DNA of 42,345 bases from an uncultured Thermoplasmatales archaeon (GTDB lineage: Archaea > Thermoplasmatota > E2 > UBA202 > DSCA01). The position numbers and the translations under genes are program-made. Below are positions 8,180 to 16,321 of the stretch, in pieces; positions within the stretch are counted from its first letter, which is position 1; each line of letters starts with the position of its first letter. The stretch lies in assembly GCA_964514975.1 (NCBI GenBank), contig CAZESS010000020.1, forward strand, positions 1 through 42,345. The letters are read 5' to 3'. The notes under the pieces are model-generated. The model was given only the letters and a program-made list of their open reading frames with translations. It ran no database searches and was not told where the DNA came from.

Positions 8180-8725
8180 CTACGACGAGCGTGTCCGTGT
8201 CATCTGGTAGCCCTGGGTTTGGCGGAGTGCCATGTCTATTAGTTTTCCCTCTGCCAGCGATGCAGCGACCATGACGGCCATGAGCACTCCGACATAGGTG
8301 ACGCCGAAATAATATATCATGATCGGCAGCAGTGGAATCTTGACCGCCCGGTTGTAGAGAAACGTGGCGCTCAGGCCGGGCCGCATGCCCTTTTCCTGGA
8401 GGTCCCGGAGCAGCGGATACCATAGGTAGATGGGCCCATGGCTGATGATGCCGGCCAGCGAGGCGAGCAGCCATCCTTTCGCTCCTGATTTGGCGCCGAG
8501 ATGTCTGGCGACCTGCTGTGGCCGGAGCAGATAGTTGACCAGGACCATCATCGCTATCACGAGGGCGAGCACGGGCAGGATGCCGTACAGGATGCTGCCG
8601 CTCGTTTGGAGCGCCTGCCATGTCGCCGTGCTGTCCAGCGCGTAGGAGACAATGTACATCCCGATGACGATGCCCAGGAAGACGAGGCCGGAGCGCAGCA
8701 TTGCCGGCCCGCGTTTTCCTTTCAT
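8180..8725 (-). CDS. Permease (DUF318/ArsP-like), second half of a split pair
   Basis: Hydrophobic helices; LG..SG..GWLLA..AGIISHGPIYLWYPLL..L..KG motif. ATGA overlap with the upstream half. Confidence 0.75.
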   Translation of the reverse strand: MKGKRGPAMLRSGLVFLGIVIGMYIVSYALDSTATWQALQTSGSILYGILPVLALVIAMMVLVNYLLRPQQVARHLGAKSGAKGWLLASLAGIISHGPIYLWYPLLRDLQEKGMRPGLSATFLYNRAVKIPLLPIMIYYFGVTYVGVLMAVMVAASLAEGKLIDMALRQTQGYQMTRTRSS

Positions 8726-9156
8726 GCGACCACCCCGGCGATGGCCACGGTTATGGCGGATACGAGCAGCGCCAGCAGGAAGCTCAGGATGGTGCGGAGC
8801 AGGGCGAACCGCCGGCCCAGCGTGCCTATCTCTGCCGGGAGCTGCACGACGCCGACGGTGACCCAGGCGACGATGAACGCGGTCACCGCGAACAGGCTTA
8901 CCCCGCTGTCCAGCAGTTCGCCGCCGATGACGTAGCTGGTGATGGGGTTGCCAGCCGAGATGCTGCCGATTGCCGCGCCCATCGGAACGTCACGCAAGAC
9001 ATCGCCGGTGAACACCGCGGCGACCATGTCTCCCGTTACGTATGTCTTGAACAGGCCGAGCAGGAGCACCACGCCCAGCAGGACGGGCAGTGTCATGGCG
9101 AACCCCCGCAGTGCCTTTATCGTTGCTGCGTGGAGACGCTCCATCCGGCTATCCAT
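8722..9156 (-). CDS. Permease (DUF318/ArsP-like), first half of a split pair
   Basis: GAAIGSISAGNPITSYVIGGELL..GVSLFAVTAFIVAWVTVGVVQLPAE...LG.RFA..R. Start set at ATG 9156, which overlaps the radical SAM stop. Confidence 0.78.
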   Translation of the reverse strand: MDSRMERLHAATIKALRGFAMTLPVLLGVVLLLGLFKTYVTGDMVAAVFTGDVLRDVPMGAAIGSISAGNPITSYVIGGELLDSGVSLFAVTAFIVAWVTVGVVQLPAEIGTLGRRFALLRTILSFLLALLVSAITVAIAGVVA

Positions 9157-10108
9157 CGTCGCTACCCCGCGTGGTTCCTGGGAGCGCCCGCACGTAGAAT
9201 CGCTGTCCCTGGTAGTCAACCGGCCTGATGTCCCCGTGCTGCTGCAGGTATTCCACGACGTTCCAGCCCGCGTCGCTGTCCATGAGCAGCTGCTCGAGCT
9301 CCTTCTTTCGCATGGGATGCACCGCCAGGATGGCCATGACATGTGCGGCGATGGTGTCTCCGGCGGCGAAGCGCTCGGGGCTGTAGCCGGTGAGCTCCTC
9401 CACCGTGAGCCCATGCTGTTTGAACGTCGCGTAGGCCATCGCCCGCGTTGTTGTCCCTGGCGGCCTGACCCATGACATGGCGGGCGGCCGCGTCGGCACA
9501 GCCAGGTAGGCGGTCGAGGGTTCCAGCAGTGCGACATGTCCGGCGATGGCTTCCAGCTCGCCTGCCCCGTCGTTTACCCCATTTACCAGCATGGTTTCCG
9601 TTGTCAATGTTCCCTCATAGCTGTCTGCGAACCGCTGCCAACCCTTTTGTATGTGCGAGTAGTCGAGCCCGGGGTGGGGATGGTTTACGCGCTGCCATGT
9701 CTGCGTGCTGCCTGCATCTATTTTTATGGAAACCCAGTCTGCCTGCATGAGCGCCAACCGGACGTTTTTCTGCCAGAGCAGCGATCCGTTGGTGATGACC
9801 GCCACCGGTATGCCGATAGATCGGAGCAGCCGTATGGTTTCGCCCAGCCCGGTATCGAGCGTCGGTTCGCCGTCGGGCACCAGGGTGATGTAGTCGATGT
9901 CAGCGGTATGCCGGGATGCCAGGCTGTTTTTGACCATGGTGGCGATGTCCTCGGGCGGATAAAACGTCTGCCGTTCGAGATGCTGCGGTGCGGCGCCCAG
10001 CTGGCAGTACATGCAGGAATAGGTACAGGTCTTGGCGGGAACGTTGTTGACACCCAGGCTCTGTCCAAGGCGCCGGGATGGCACCGGGCCAAAAACAGGG
10101 TCATCCAT
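9149..10108 (-). CDS. Radical SAM protein of unknown function
   Basis: FGPVPSRRLGQSLGVN, CTYSCMYC (CxxxCxxC), DGEPTL, ITNGSLL, ETMLV.GVND. Confidence 0.9.
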   Translation of the reverse strand: MDDPVFGPVPSRRLGQSLGVNNVPAKTCTYSCMYCQLGAAPQHLERQTFYPPEDIATMVKNSLASRHTADIDYITLVPDGEPTLDTGLGETIRLLRSIGIPVAVITNGSLLWQKNVRLALMQADWVSIKIDAGSTQTWQRVNHPHPGLDYSHIQKGWQRFADSYEGTLTTETMLVNGVNDGAGELEAIAGHVALLEPSTAYLAVPTRPPAMSWVRPPGTTTRAMAYATFKQHGLTVEELTGYSPERFAAGDTIAAHVMAILAVHPMRKKELEQLLMDSDAGWNVVEYLQQHGDIRPVDYQGQRFYVRALPGTTRGSDDG

Positions 10109-10733
10109 GTTTTATCGCCTCCAGCACGTGCAGCACCGCCTCCTCCGGGTCGATGTTCTCATATGTGCCATCTGCGTCGACGCCCAGCCGGTAGTCATCC
10201 CGCAGCATGGTGAACCGGCCGGCCACCGCCGCCATCAGCTTGTCATGCTCGGGATGCTCGATGTGTCGCTGCACGTAGGAATCAGCTCGGCGGTAGCGCT
10301 CCCGGAAGTATGCCGTTGCAGGGTTGAGCGTCAGAGCGATGAGTCGGCCGTACGGCCTGAGGATGCGCCGTGCCTCGTCGAGCGCTTTTTTGTAGTCGGC
10401 GATAAATTCCAGCGACGTGATAAATATGATGGCGTCAAAGATTGCGTCGGGGAAGGGAAGCGCTTCCGCCTGTCCCTGCACCACCGGCATTGTTTGTGGT
10501 GTATGATGTAGCATCGCCGCGGATGTGTCGAGCCCGGTTATCGTGAGGTCTGGCCGGCGTTCGAGGAGTTTTTGCTCAACGGCGGCGGGGCCGCATCCGA
10601 TGCTCAGCGTCCTGCTGTATTGTCGGAGCATGCCGTCGAGCAGGGCTGCCTCCGCCTCGGCGATTGCCCGTCCCTGTGCCGTCCGGTAAAAGGAGAGATA
10701 GTCTGTGGCCTCCGCCTCACCGGCCCGGGTCAT
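10101..10733 (-). CDS. Class I SAM-dependent methyltransferase
   Basis: LSIGCGP, GLDTS..ML, AEALPF.D..FD, RILRP.GRL. Start at ATG 10733 overlaps the upstream TGA. Confidence 0.88.
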   Translation of the reverse strand: MTRAGEAEATDYLSFYRTAQGRAIAEAEAALLDGMLRQYSRTLSIGCGPAAVEQKLLERRPDLTITGLDTSAAMLHHTPQTMPVVQGQAEALPFPDAIFDAIIFITSLEFIADYKKALDEARRILRPYGRLIALTLNPATAYFRERYRRADSYVQRHIEHPEHDKLMAAVAGRFTMLRDDYRLGVDADGTYENIDPEEAVLHVLEAIKHG

Positions 10734-11596
10734 GGCTCCTCGAGCCGCTGCTGTACCTGCTGCCACAGGTCGGCAATGCGCTCGGCTGTTGCTCCATTGT
10801 CGTATTCTACGATGGTTTTTCCCTGCACCATGGCTTTTGTCATGGTCTCGTCATAGGGAACCCGGCCGAGTATGGGGACGTCCATTTTCTGGCAGTATGC
10901 GGCGATGTCGTCGCTGTTTTCCATGTTGATGTCGTGCTTGTTGATGCATACCGCGGCGGGTATGTCGAAGTGCGCCGCCACGTTGAGCACCCGTTCGAGG
11001 TCGTGGATGGCCGACAGCGTGGGCTCTGTAACCACGAGCACGAGGTCGACCCCGGTGATGGCGGCGATGACTGGGCAGCCGATGCCCGGCGGCCCGTCGA
11101 TGATAACCAGGTCTCTGTCGTGCTCCTCGGCGAGATTGCGAGCCCGTTCCCGGACCATGGTGACCAGTTTGCCGGATGCCTCCTCGCCGGCGTAGAGGCG
11201 GGCGTGGGCCATCGGCCCGAACCGCGTCGACGACGTGAAGGCCTGCCCTGCGGTGCGCGGCTGCATCTCGACGGCGTCGACGGGACAGACGTATGTGCAC
11301 ACGCCGCATCCCTCGCAGGCCGCGGGCTGCACCACAAATGATTCATCGATGGCGTCGAACACGCAGCGCTTGCGGCACCGTCCGCACGACGTGCATGTGT
11401 CGCTGTCAATCGAGGCGACGGGGAGCCCGATGAAATCCATGGTCTGCTCAATCATCGGGTCGAGCAGCAGGTGGAGGTCGGCCGCATCGACGTCGCAGTC
11501 GGCCAGGACGGCGTCGCTCGCGAGAGCGGCGAAGGCCGCGGTGATGGATGTCTTGCCGGTGCCGCCCTTGCCGCTGATAACGGTGAGCTGCCTCAT
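10730..11596 (-). CDS. MinD/CbiA-superfamily P-loop ATPase with inserted 2x[4Fe-4S] ferredoxin
   Basis: SGKGGTGKT, DCDVDA, CTSCGRC...C and CEGCGVC...CP, DGPPGIGCP, VTEPT. Confidence 0.92.
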   Translation of the reverse strand: MRQLTVISGKGGTGKTSITAAFAALASDAVLADCDVDAADLHLLLDPMIEQTMDFIGLPVASIDSDTCTSCGRCRKRCVFDAIDESFVVQPAACEGCGVCTYVCPVDAVEMQPRTAGQAFTSSTRFGPMAHARLYAGEEASGKLVTMVRERARNLAEEHDRDLVIIDGPPGIGCPVIAAITGVDLVLVVTEPTLSAIHDLERVLNVAAHFDIPAAVCINKHDINMENSDDIAAYCQKMDVPILGRVPYDETMTKAMVQGKTIVEYDNGATAERIADLWQQVQQRLEEP

Positions 11597-12423
11597 CTAT
11601 TCACCTCGTTCTGGATGCGCTGCCAGAGCCCGCGGAATCGCTGCTGCCACTGGCTGTGCCGGGAGGCGAATGCCTCGCCCATGGAGTACATCCTGGCTAT
11701 CTCGGTGCTCTGGGGAATGCGAAGCAGGATGGGGATGTCATGTTCCCGGCAGAAGTCTTCGACGCCTGCGTTGCCGATGCCGTTGCGGTTGATGACGACG
11801 CCGAAGGGTATTGTGAGCTGCTGCATCACGTCGACCATGAGCTCGAGGTCGTGTAGTCCGAAGGGTGTCGGCTCGGTCACCAAGATGCCGTAGTCCGCGT
11901 CCTGCACGCTTTCGATGACCGGGCAGGAGGTTCCGGGTGGTGCGTCGATGATGACGTCGCCGTGCAGGTCGTGTTTGAGTGTCCTGATGAGCGGTATCGC
12001 CTGTATCTCCCCGACGTTGAGCAGGCCATGTGAAAACGATATGTTTCCGGTGGTGCCGTGTTCGAGGACGCCCACGGACCGATCCTCAAATGATATGGCG
12101 TCTCTGGGGCAGACGAGCTGACAGCCCAGGCAGGCATGGCAGAGCTCGGGGAACACGAGCACCTGTCCGGGGACGACGGCGAGGGCGTTGTAGGCGCAAA
12201 AGGAGGCGCAGTCGCCGCAGTAGTCACATCGCTCGTCGTCTATCTTGGGCACCCTGACGGTGACATCCTCCTGGCTGGTTATGTCTGCCTGCATGAACAC
12301 GTTGGCGTTGGGTTCCTCGACGTCGCAGTCTATAAAATGCACGTTGTCGATGCTGAGAGCGAGGTTGGTCGCTACAGTTGTCTTGCCGGTGCCGCCCTTT
12401 CCACTTGCCACCGCTACGATCAT
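11593..12423 (-). CDS. MinD/CbiA-superfamily P-loop ATPase with inserted ferredoxin (paralog)
   Basis: MIVAVASGKGGTGKTT, DCDVEEPN, CDYCGDC...C, CHACLGC...CP, DAPPGTSCP, VTEPTPFG. Start at 12423. Confidence 0.92.
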   Translation of the reverse strand: MIVAVASGKGGTGKTTVATNLALSIDNVHFIDCDVEEPNANVFMQADITSQEDVTVRVPKIDDERCDYCGDCASFCAYNALAVVPGQVLVFPELCHACLGCQLVCPRDAISFEDRSVGVLEHGTTGNISFSHGLLNVGEIQAIPLIRTLKHDLHGDVIIDAPPGTSCPVIESVQDADYGILVTEPTPFGLHDLELMVDVMQQLTIPFGVVINRNGIGNAGVEDFCREHDIPILLRIPQSTEIARMYSMGEAFASRHSQWQQRFRGLWQRIQNEVNR

Positions 12424-12427
12424 GGCA

Positions 12428-12814
12428 TCAGTGGTGATGGTTGCCGTCCTTGCCCTGGAAGGCATGACGGGTGCATGCGTCTCCCGCGTCGGCGGATTGC
12501 AGCTCGTCGGCTCTGAACGCCTGGATGGTGTCGCGGACGGTGCCCCTGGCGCCGATGCAGACGTCGATGCCGAGGTCGGTGAACATCTGGATGGCACGTC
12601 GGCCGAGCCCCCGGCAGAGCATCACGTCAACCCCGTGATTGGCGAGCAGCTCAGGCGGGTAGCCCGTGCCCCCTTTGTGATGGCTGGTGTTGTCTATGAC
12701 TGTGACCTCGTCGCTGTCGAGGTCGACGATGGTGTAGGTGGGCACGCGCCCGAAGTGCTCGCCGACCTGCTCGTCGAGCCCCCGGTCGCCCATCGTTGGA
12801 ATCGCTGCTTTCAT
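12428..12814 (-). CDS. NifB/NifX (MTH1175/Orange-protein-like) family protein
   Basis: HFGRVP.Y.IVD, N...H..G.G, GVDVMLC.GLG.RA. The C-terminus carries C and HHH. Confidence 0.88.
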   Translation of the reverse strand: MKAAIPTMGDRGLDEQVGEHFGRVPTYTIVDLDSDEVTVIDNTSHHKGGTGYPPELLANHGVDVMLCRGLGRRAIQMFTDLGIDVCIGARGTVRDTIQAFRADELQSADAGDACTRHAFQGKDGNHHH

Positions 12815-13188
12815 CGTCGCCCTCTGCCCATGCCGAAATGGCTGCCCACGCTGGCCTCTGTCGCTGCCTCGAGATCACCGTTTTCGTATCGGTGGAGCGC
12901 TTCCCGTGCGGTGCCCGTGGCGCCGACGTATATGTCGATGTCTGCCGCCCGGAGCGTCTGGAAGGCATTGGGGCCGATGTTACCGGTTATGATTGCGTCC
13001 ACACCTTCTCTGGCGAGCTGCTGCGCTGCCTGGATGCCGGCACCGCCCCGTGCCTGCGAGCTGCTGTTGTCCATCCTCTCGGTTTCCATGGTGTCCTGGT
13101 CGACGATTAGAAACGCCGGGCAGCGTCCGAAGCGCTGGGCGACTTGGTCGTCCAGCGTGCTGCCGGTCGTCGAAATAGCTACTTTCAT
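12811..13188 (-). CDS. NifB/NifX (MTH1175/Orange-protein-like) family protein
   Basis: MKVAIST...RFGRCP.F, GGAGIQAAQ, ITGNIGPNAF..L, ending in V.SHFGMGRGRR. Start at ATG 13188 after GGGAG. Confidence 0.9.
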   Translation of the reverse strand: MKVAISTTGSTLDDQVAQRFGRCPAFLIVDQDTMETERMDNSSSQARGGAGIQAAQQLAREGVDAIITGNIGPNAFQTLRAADIDIYVGATGTAREALHRYENGDLEAATEASVGSHFGMGRGRR

Positions 13189-13226
13189 GTCTCCCTCATT
13201 TGCTTGTGGATACTTAACGTTTCGTA

Positions 13227-13403
13227 TTACGCCCGGGTCATCGGAGCGCCGCAGCGCGGACATTTCTTGGTGTTGCAGGGCACCCCTGGCTCATGGGGTG
13301 CAGTGTGGCCGCAGTTCGGGCAGCGGCACTGTCCCGGCCTGCCGTATCCCCCGCCGCGTCCTCGGCCGCCGCCGGGTGGCCCGGTTCCGTCTCCTCCTGG
13401 CAT
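13227..13403 (-). CDS. Small Gly-rich protein with Cys-rich zinc-ribbon (CxCxxC...CxxxxCxxC)
   Basis: [19 protein letters not shown]...CRCPNCG...[14 protein letters not shown]; located within the operon. Confidence 0.78.
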   Translation of the reverse strand: MPGGDGTGPPGGGRGRGGGYGRPGQCRCPNCGHTAPHEPGVPCNTKKCPRCGAPMTRA

Positions 13404-13415
13404 TTGATGCACCGC

Positions 13416-13766
13416 TTATTCTTCCGATAGCTGTTCGATGCGCTCTCGCAGTCCGGCGAGTTCTTCTTCGAGCCGCTGGATGGTGTCTTGCAGGTATGCT
13501 TCCTCGCTTTCTCGCTGTTCCTGTGCTGGTTCCGCTCGTTCCGGCGGGTAGTATGGCCCCGGGTAGGGCTCCGGTGGATAATATCGCCATCGCCGTCCCC
13601 TGCCGAATCCGCGTCCGAATCCTCTGCCGTAGCCACGTCCTCTGCCCCCGCCGCCGCGCGGTACGCCCCTGGTAAAGCCGGGGCTGTCATATCCGGCGCA
13701 GTACCCGAGCGCTCTCCCGGTTCTGGGGCCCCGTCCTTCGGGGCCGGTTCTATCTCCTGCTGGCAT
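13416..13766 (-). CDS. DUF5320-family protein
   Basis: MP.GD.TGP.G.GP.TGR.LGYC.G, GRG(Y/F) repeats, and a C-terminal coiled coil (EEAYLQDTIQRLEEELAGLRERIEQL). Confidence 0.85.
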   Translation of the reverse strand: MPAGDRTGPEGRGPRTGRALGYCAGYDSPGFTRGVPRGGGGRGRGYGRGFGRGFGRGRRWRYYPPEPYPGPYYPPERAEPAQEQRESEEAYLQDTIQRLEEELAGLRERIEQLSEE

Positions 13767-13835
13767 TATATCACGTTGGAATATATAGAAATAAATATAT
13801 AAATTTTTTGCACAATTTTTATATAAAATATGCTA
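13767..13835 (-). promoter_or_regulatory. Very AT-rich promoter region upstream of the DUF5320-NifX operon
   Basis: Several TATA-like strings (minus-strand TTTATATATTT about 30 bp upstream of the ATG; palindrome TTTTATATAAAA). Confidence 0.55.
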
Positions 13836-13871
13836 AAGCAGCACTGTCATGCTGGCTCCTTGTCCGCACCG

Positions 13872-14999
13872 CTACGCGCTTCCGACGACGACATCTGACG
13901 AAAGCGGCAGCACCCGCCGCTTGGCCACCACCAGCCAGTCACCTGCTCCGGCGCGACGCATCGTCATCCCCGCCGGTGGCATGCCGGCCCCGGCAGCCCA
14001 GGCCACGGCACGGCGGAGCATCCACCAGTTGTACGAGGGCGACGACAGCGTCCCGTTGCTCCAGTTGTAGACAAACCAGGTAAACGGCCCGGCGCGGGGG
14101 CGAACAGGAAACTCCTCGACATGTCCGCCGAACCACGTCGGCTTCTCCGGATGCGGGCCAAACAATGCCACCCTGCCGTCGCCATAGGTCGATGCGACAG
14201 CGGCATACTGCCCCCTCACGTCGGTGGACACGTTCGCCGCAATCTCCCAGCCGCCGCGCCACCGCCAGAAATGCAGCGGCGCTACCTCCATCGGCTCCTC
14301 CGCATAGATGGCCAGCGGCACAACCGGTCCACATCCGCCACATGGCACGTCGGCGGGAACCATGCCCGGGCCGCCGCCGTAGCGCATGCTCCGCCGCTCC
14401 CCATACCATCCCGCAAAAACCGGGTGGCCAGAATCAACGATGGAAACGTCGACGGGCGGCATGCCCATCTCCCAGTTCGCCTTCCAGAGATACTGCCACT
14501 CCTGCCGCTGCTGGTCGTTCACCCACACATTGGCGATGCCGAGCGTCGACACGTTCAACACGGCGTTGACGCTCCATCGCTCACGGAAGCCCATCGACGC
14601 CAGATTCGCGCCGCCGCAGATACCCACATAGTCACCCCCATCAGCCACGAAATCGCGGACGGCGGCGCGCCATCGCGGGTCGGCCGCATCCACATAAGGA
14701 CGGCCGCTCCCCGGGATAACCAGCACGTCAAAACTCGGTGCATCGAGCGACGGCGTCCCCCGGCCGAGCACCTGCCGCCTGCCGATGATACTCGTAACTA
14801 TCTCATACCGGGTGCCATCGTCCTGCCATGCACAGTCGAGTGCCCGTTCCACCTCGACGGCGTAATCATCGATGACCGAGGTATAGATGGCGACCCGTAT
14901 CTCCACACTGTCAGCGGCACCATGCGCCATCATGCCCTGCGCCACGGGAGCGGACATGCACAGCAGCACGAGGCAGGCCAGGCAGAGCCATCGCTCCAT
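13872..14999 (-). CDS. Secreted class I glutamine-amidotransferase-like (BPL-N type) protein
   Basis: Signal-peptide-like N-terminus, FDVLVIPG, nucleophile elbow YVGICGGA, and GPHPE. Confidence 0.75.
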   Translation of the reverse strand: MERWLCLACLVLLCMSAPVAQGMMAHGAADSVEIRVAIYTSVIDDYAVEVERALDCAWQDDGTRYEIVTSIIGRRQVLGRGTPSLDAPSFDVLVIPGSGRPYVDAADPRWRAAVRDFVADGGDYVGICGGANLASMGFRERWSVNAVLNVSTLGIANVWVNDQQRQEWQYLWKANWEMGMPPVDVSIVDSGHPVFAGWYGERRSMRYGGGPGMVPADVPCGGCGPVVPLAIYAEEPMEVAPLHFWRWRGGWEIAANVSTDVRGQYAAVASTYGDGRVALFGPHPEKPTWFGGHVEEFPVRPRAGPFTWFVYNWSNGTLSSPSYNWWMLRRAVAWAAGAGMPPAGMTMRRAGAGDWLVVAKRRVLPLSSDVVVGSA

Positions 15000-15031
15000 A
15001 CCATGCAAAAGCAAGGTGGTTTAAAAGCCTA

Positions 15032-16282
15032 TCAATGCGAGCCGTCAAGATAGGCAGCCACGCGCTCAAACCCCTCCCGGATGGCCTCCGGCTGCTCCAC
15101 ATGGGGACCATAGCTGATGCGGACGCCCTCACGGAGCGTGTCGCCGAACCCCTTGCCCGGGATGAACAGCACCCCCGTGTTCTTGAGAACGCGCCTGACA
15201 AATGCGTCGCCGTCCTCGCCGACCTTCATCAACGTGTACAGGCCGCCCTCCGGCGTCAGACAGGGCATCCCCAGATGCTCCCGTATCTCACGGACGGTTA
15301 TCTCGGCAGCCCGGCGATATGCATCCCTGCTCTCCGCAAGATAGCGCTCCAGCGAGCCATCCTCGAGCCCCCTGGAAATGTAGTCGGTCATCGCCTGCTG
15401 ATGCAGCGAGTCCGGACACAAAATCGAGCACTGCTGCGCCCGCTCAAGCCCGTCGACCACGTCCTCATGTGCCTCGATCCAGCCCAGGCGGCGGCCCAGA
15501 CCCCGGCACCATTTCGAGTTCGAGTTCACCGCCACAAGGTGCGGATGATCGCGGGGGCTCCACGAAAAATAGGCGGGCGGCGTGTCAAAGCACTGGGTCT
15601 TGTACGCCTGGTCGAGCACCAGGTACATGTCATGCTTCTCGCAGAGGTCCATGCATGCCTCGACGACCGCCTGCGGGATAACCTGCGACGATGGATTATC
15701 GGGCGCAGGAATGACCATGACGCGGGGAAACTCCGCGGCACATATCTCGGTGCAGCGCTCGATGACCTCGTCCACCGAGGGAATGTACTCCCAGGTCTCC
15801 GGGTCGAGCACGGGCACGCGCAGCAGCCGGCTCCCCGGCAGCGTCATCTCGATCTGTCCCATATAGTTGGCATAGGTCGGGTCAAGCAGCACGACATCGT
15901 CGCCCGGGTCGGCAATGGTCACCAGCAGGTCATGGGTCAACTGCGTCGACGACTGGCCCACGATGACGTTTTCCTCGCCGAGGTCGACATCGAACAGCTC
16001 CTTTTCCATGGCGGCGATGGCCGCCCGGCAGTCGTCAAATCCCAGCGTCGGGCTGTACTTGCCCGAGCCATGGAAGCGCTCGCGGTCTGCGCAGATGTCA
16101 TGATAGGCATCGCGGAATCCCTCGGGGGCATGATGGCCGACCCATCCGCCGCCATACGAAATCACGTCGTCGGGGTCCAGCCCCATGTTGATGATGTTCT
16201 TCCGGCTCGCCATCTTCATGATCTGCCGGATGGGCGACGGCTTCTCCCGCATAGCCTGCAAAAGCGACGACAGCTCTGGCAT
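15032..16282 (-). CDS. PLP-dependent aminotransferase, class I/II
   Basis: DPTYANY, PDNPS, DQAY, SNSK...GRRLGW, PG..FG...RISY. Confidence 0.9.
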   Translation of the reverse strand: MPELSSLLQAMREKPSPIRQIMKMASRKNIINMGLDPDDVISYGGGWVGHHAPEGFRDAYHDICADRERFHGSGKYSPTLGFDDCRAAIAAMEKELFDVDLGEENVIVGQSSTQLTHDLLVTIADPGDDVVLLDPTYANYMGQIEMTLPGSRLLRVPVLDPETWEYIPSVDEVIERCTEICAAEFPRVMVIPAPDNPSSQVIPQAVVEACMDLCEKHDMYLVLDQAYKTQCFDTPPAYFSWSPRDHPHLVAVNSNSKWCRGLGRRLGWIEAHEDVVDGLERAQQCSILCPDSLHQQAMTDYISRGLEDGSLERYLAESRDAYRRAAEITVREIREHLGMPCLTPEGGLYTLMKVGEDGDAFVRRVLKNTGVLFIPGKGFGDTLREGVRISYGPHVEQPEAIREGFERVAAYLDGSH

Positions 16283-16321
16283 GAAAAACGGTATGCCCAC
16301 AGCCAAATATAACTCTTTGCG

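Noticed and set aside
9149-10108. Radical SAM protein as wyosine synthase Tyw1
   Set aside because: It resembles the related uncharacterised FGPVPSRRLG family in a metal-operon context, and I could not see Tyw1-specific N-terminal features.
12428-13188. NifB/NifX domains as evidence of nitrogen fixation
   Set aside because: No nifH/D/K genes are present, and this fold is common in non-diazotrophic anaerobes.
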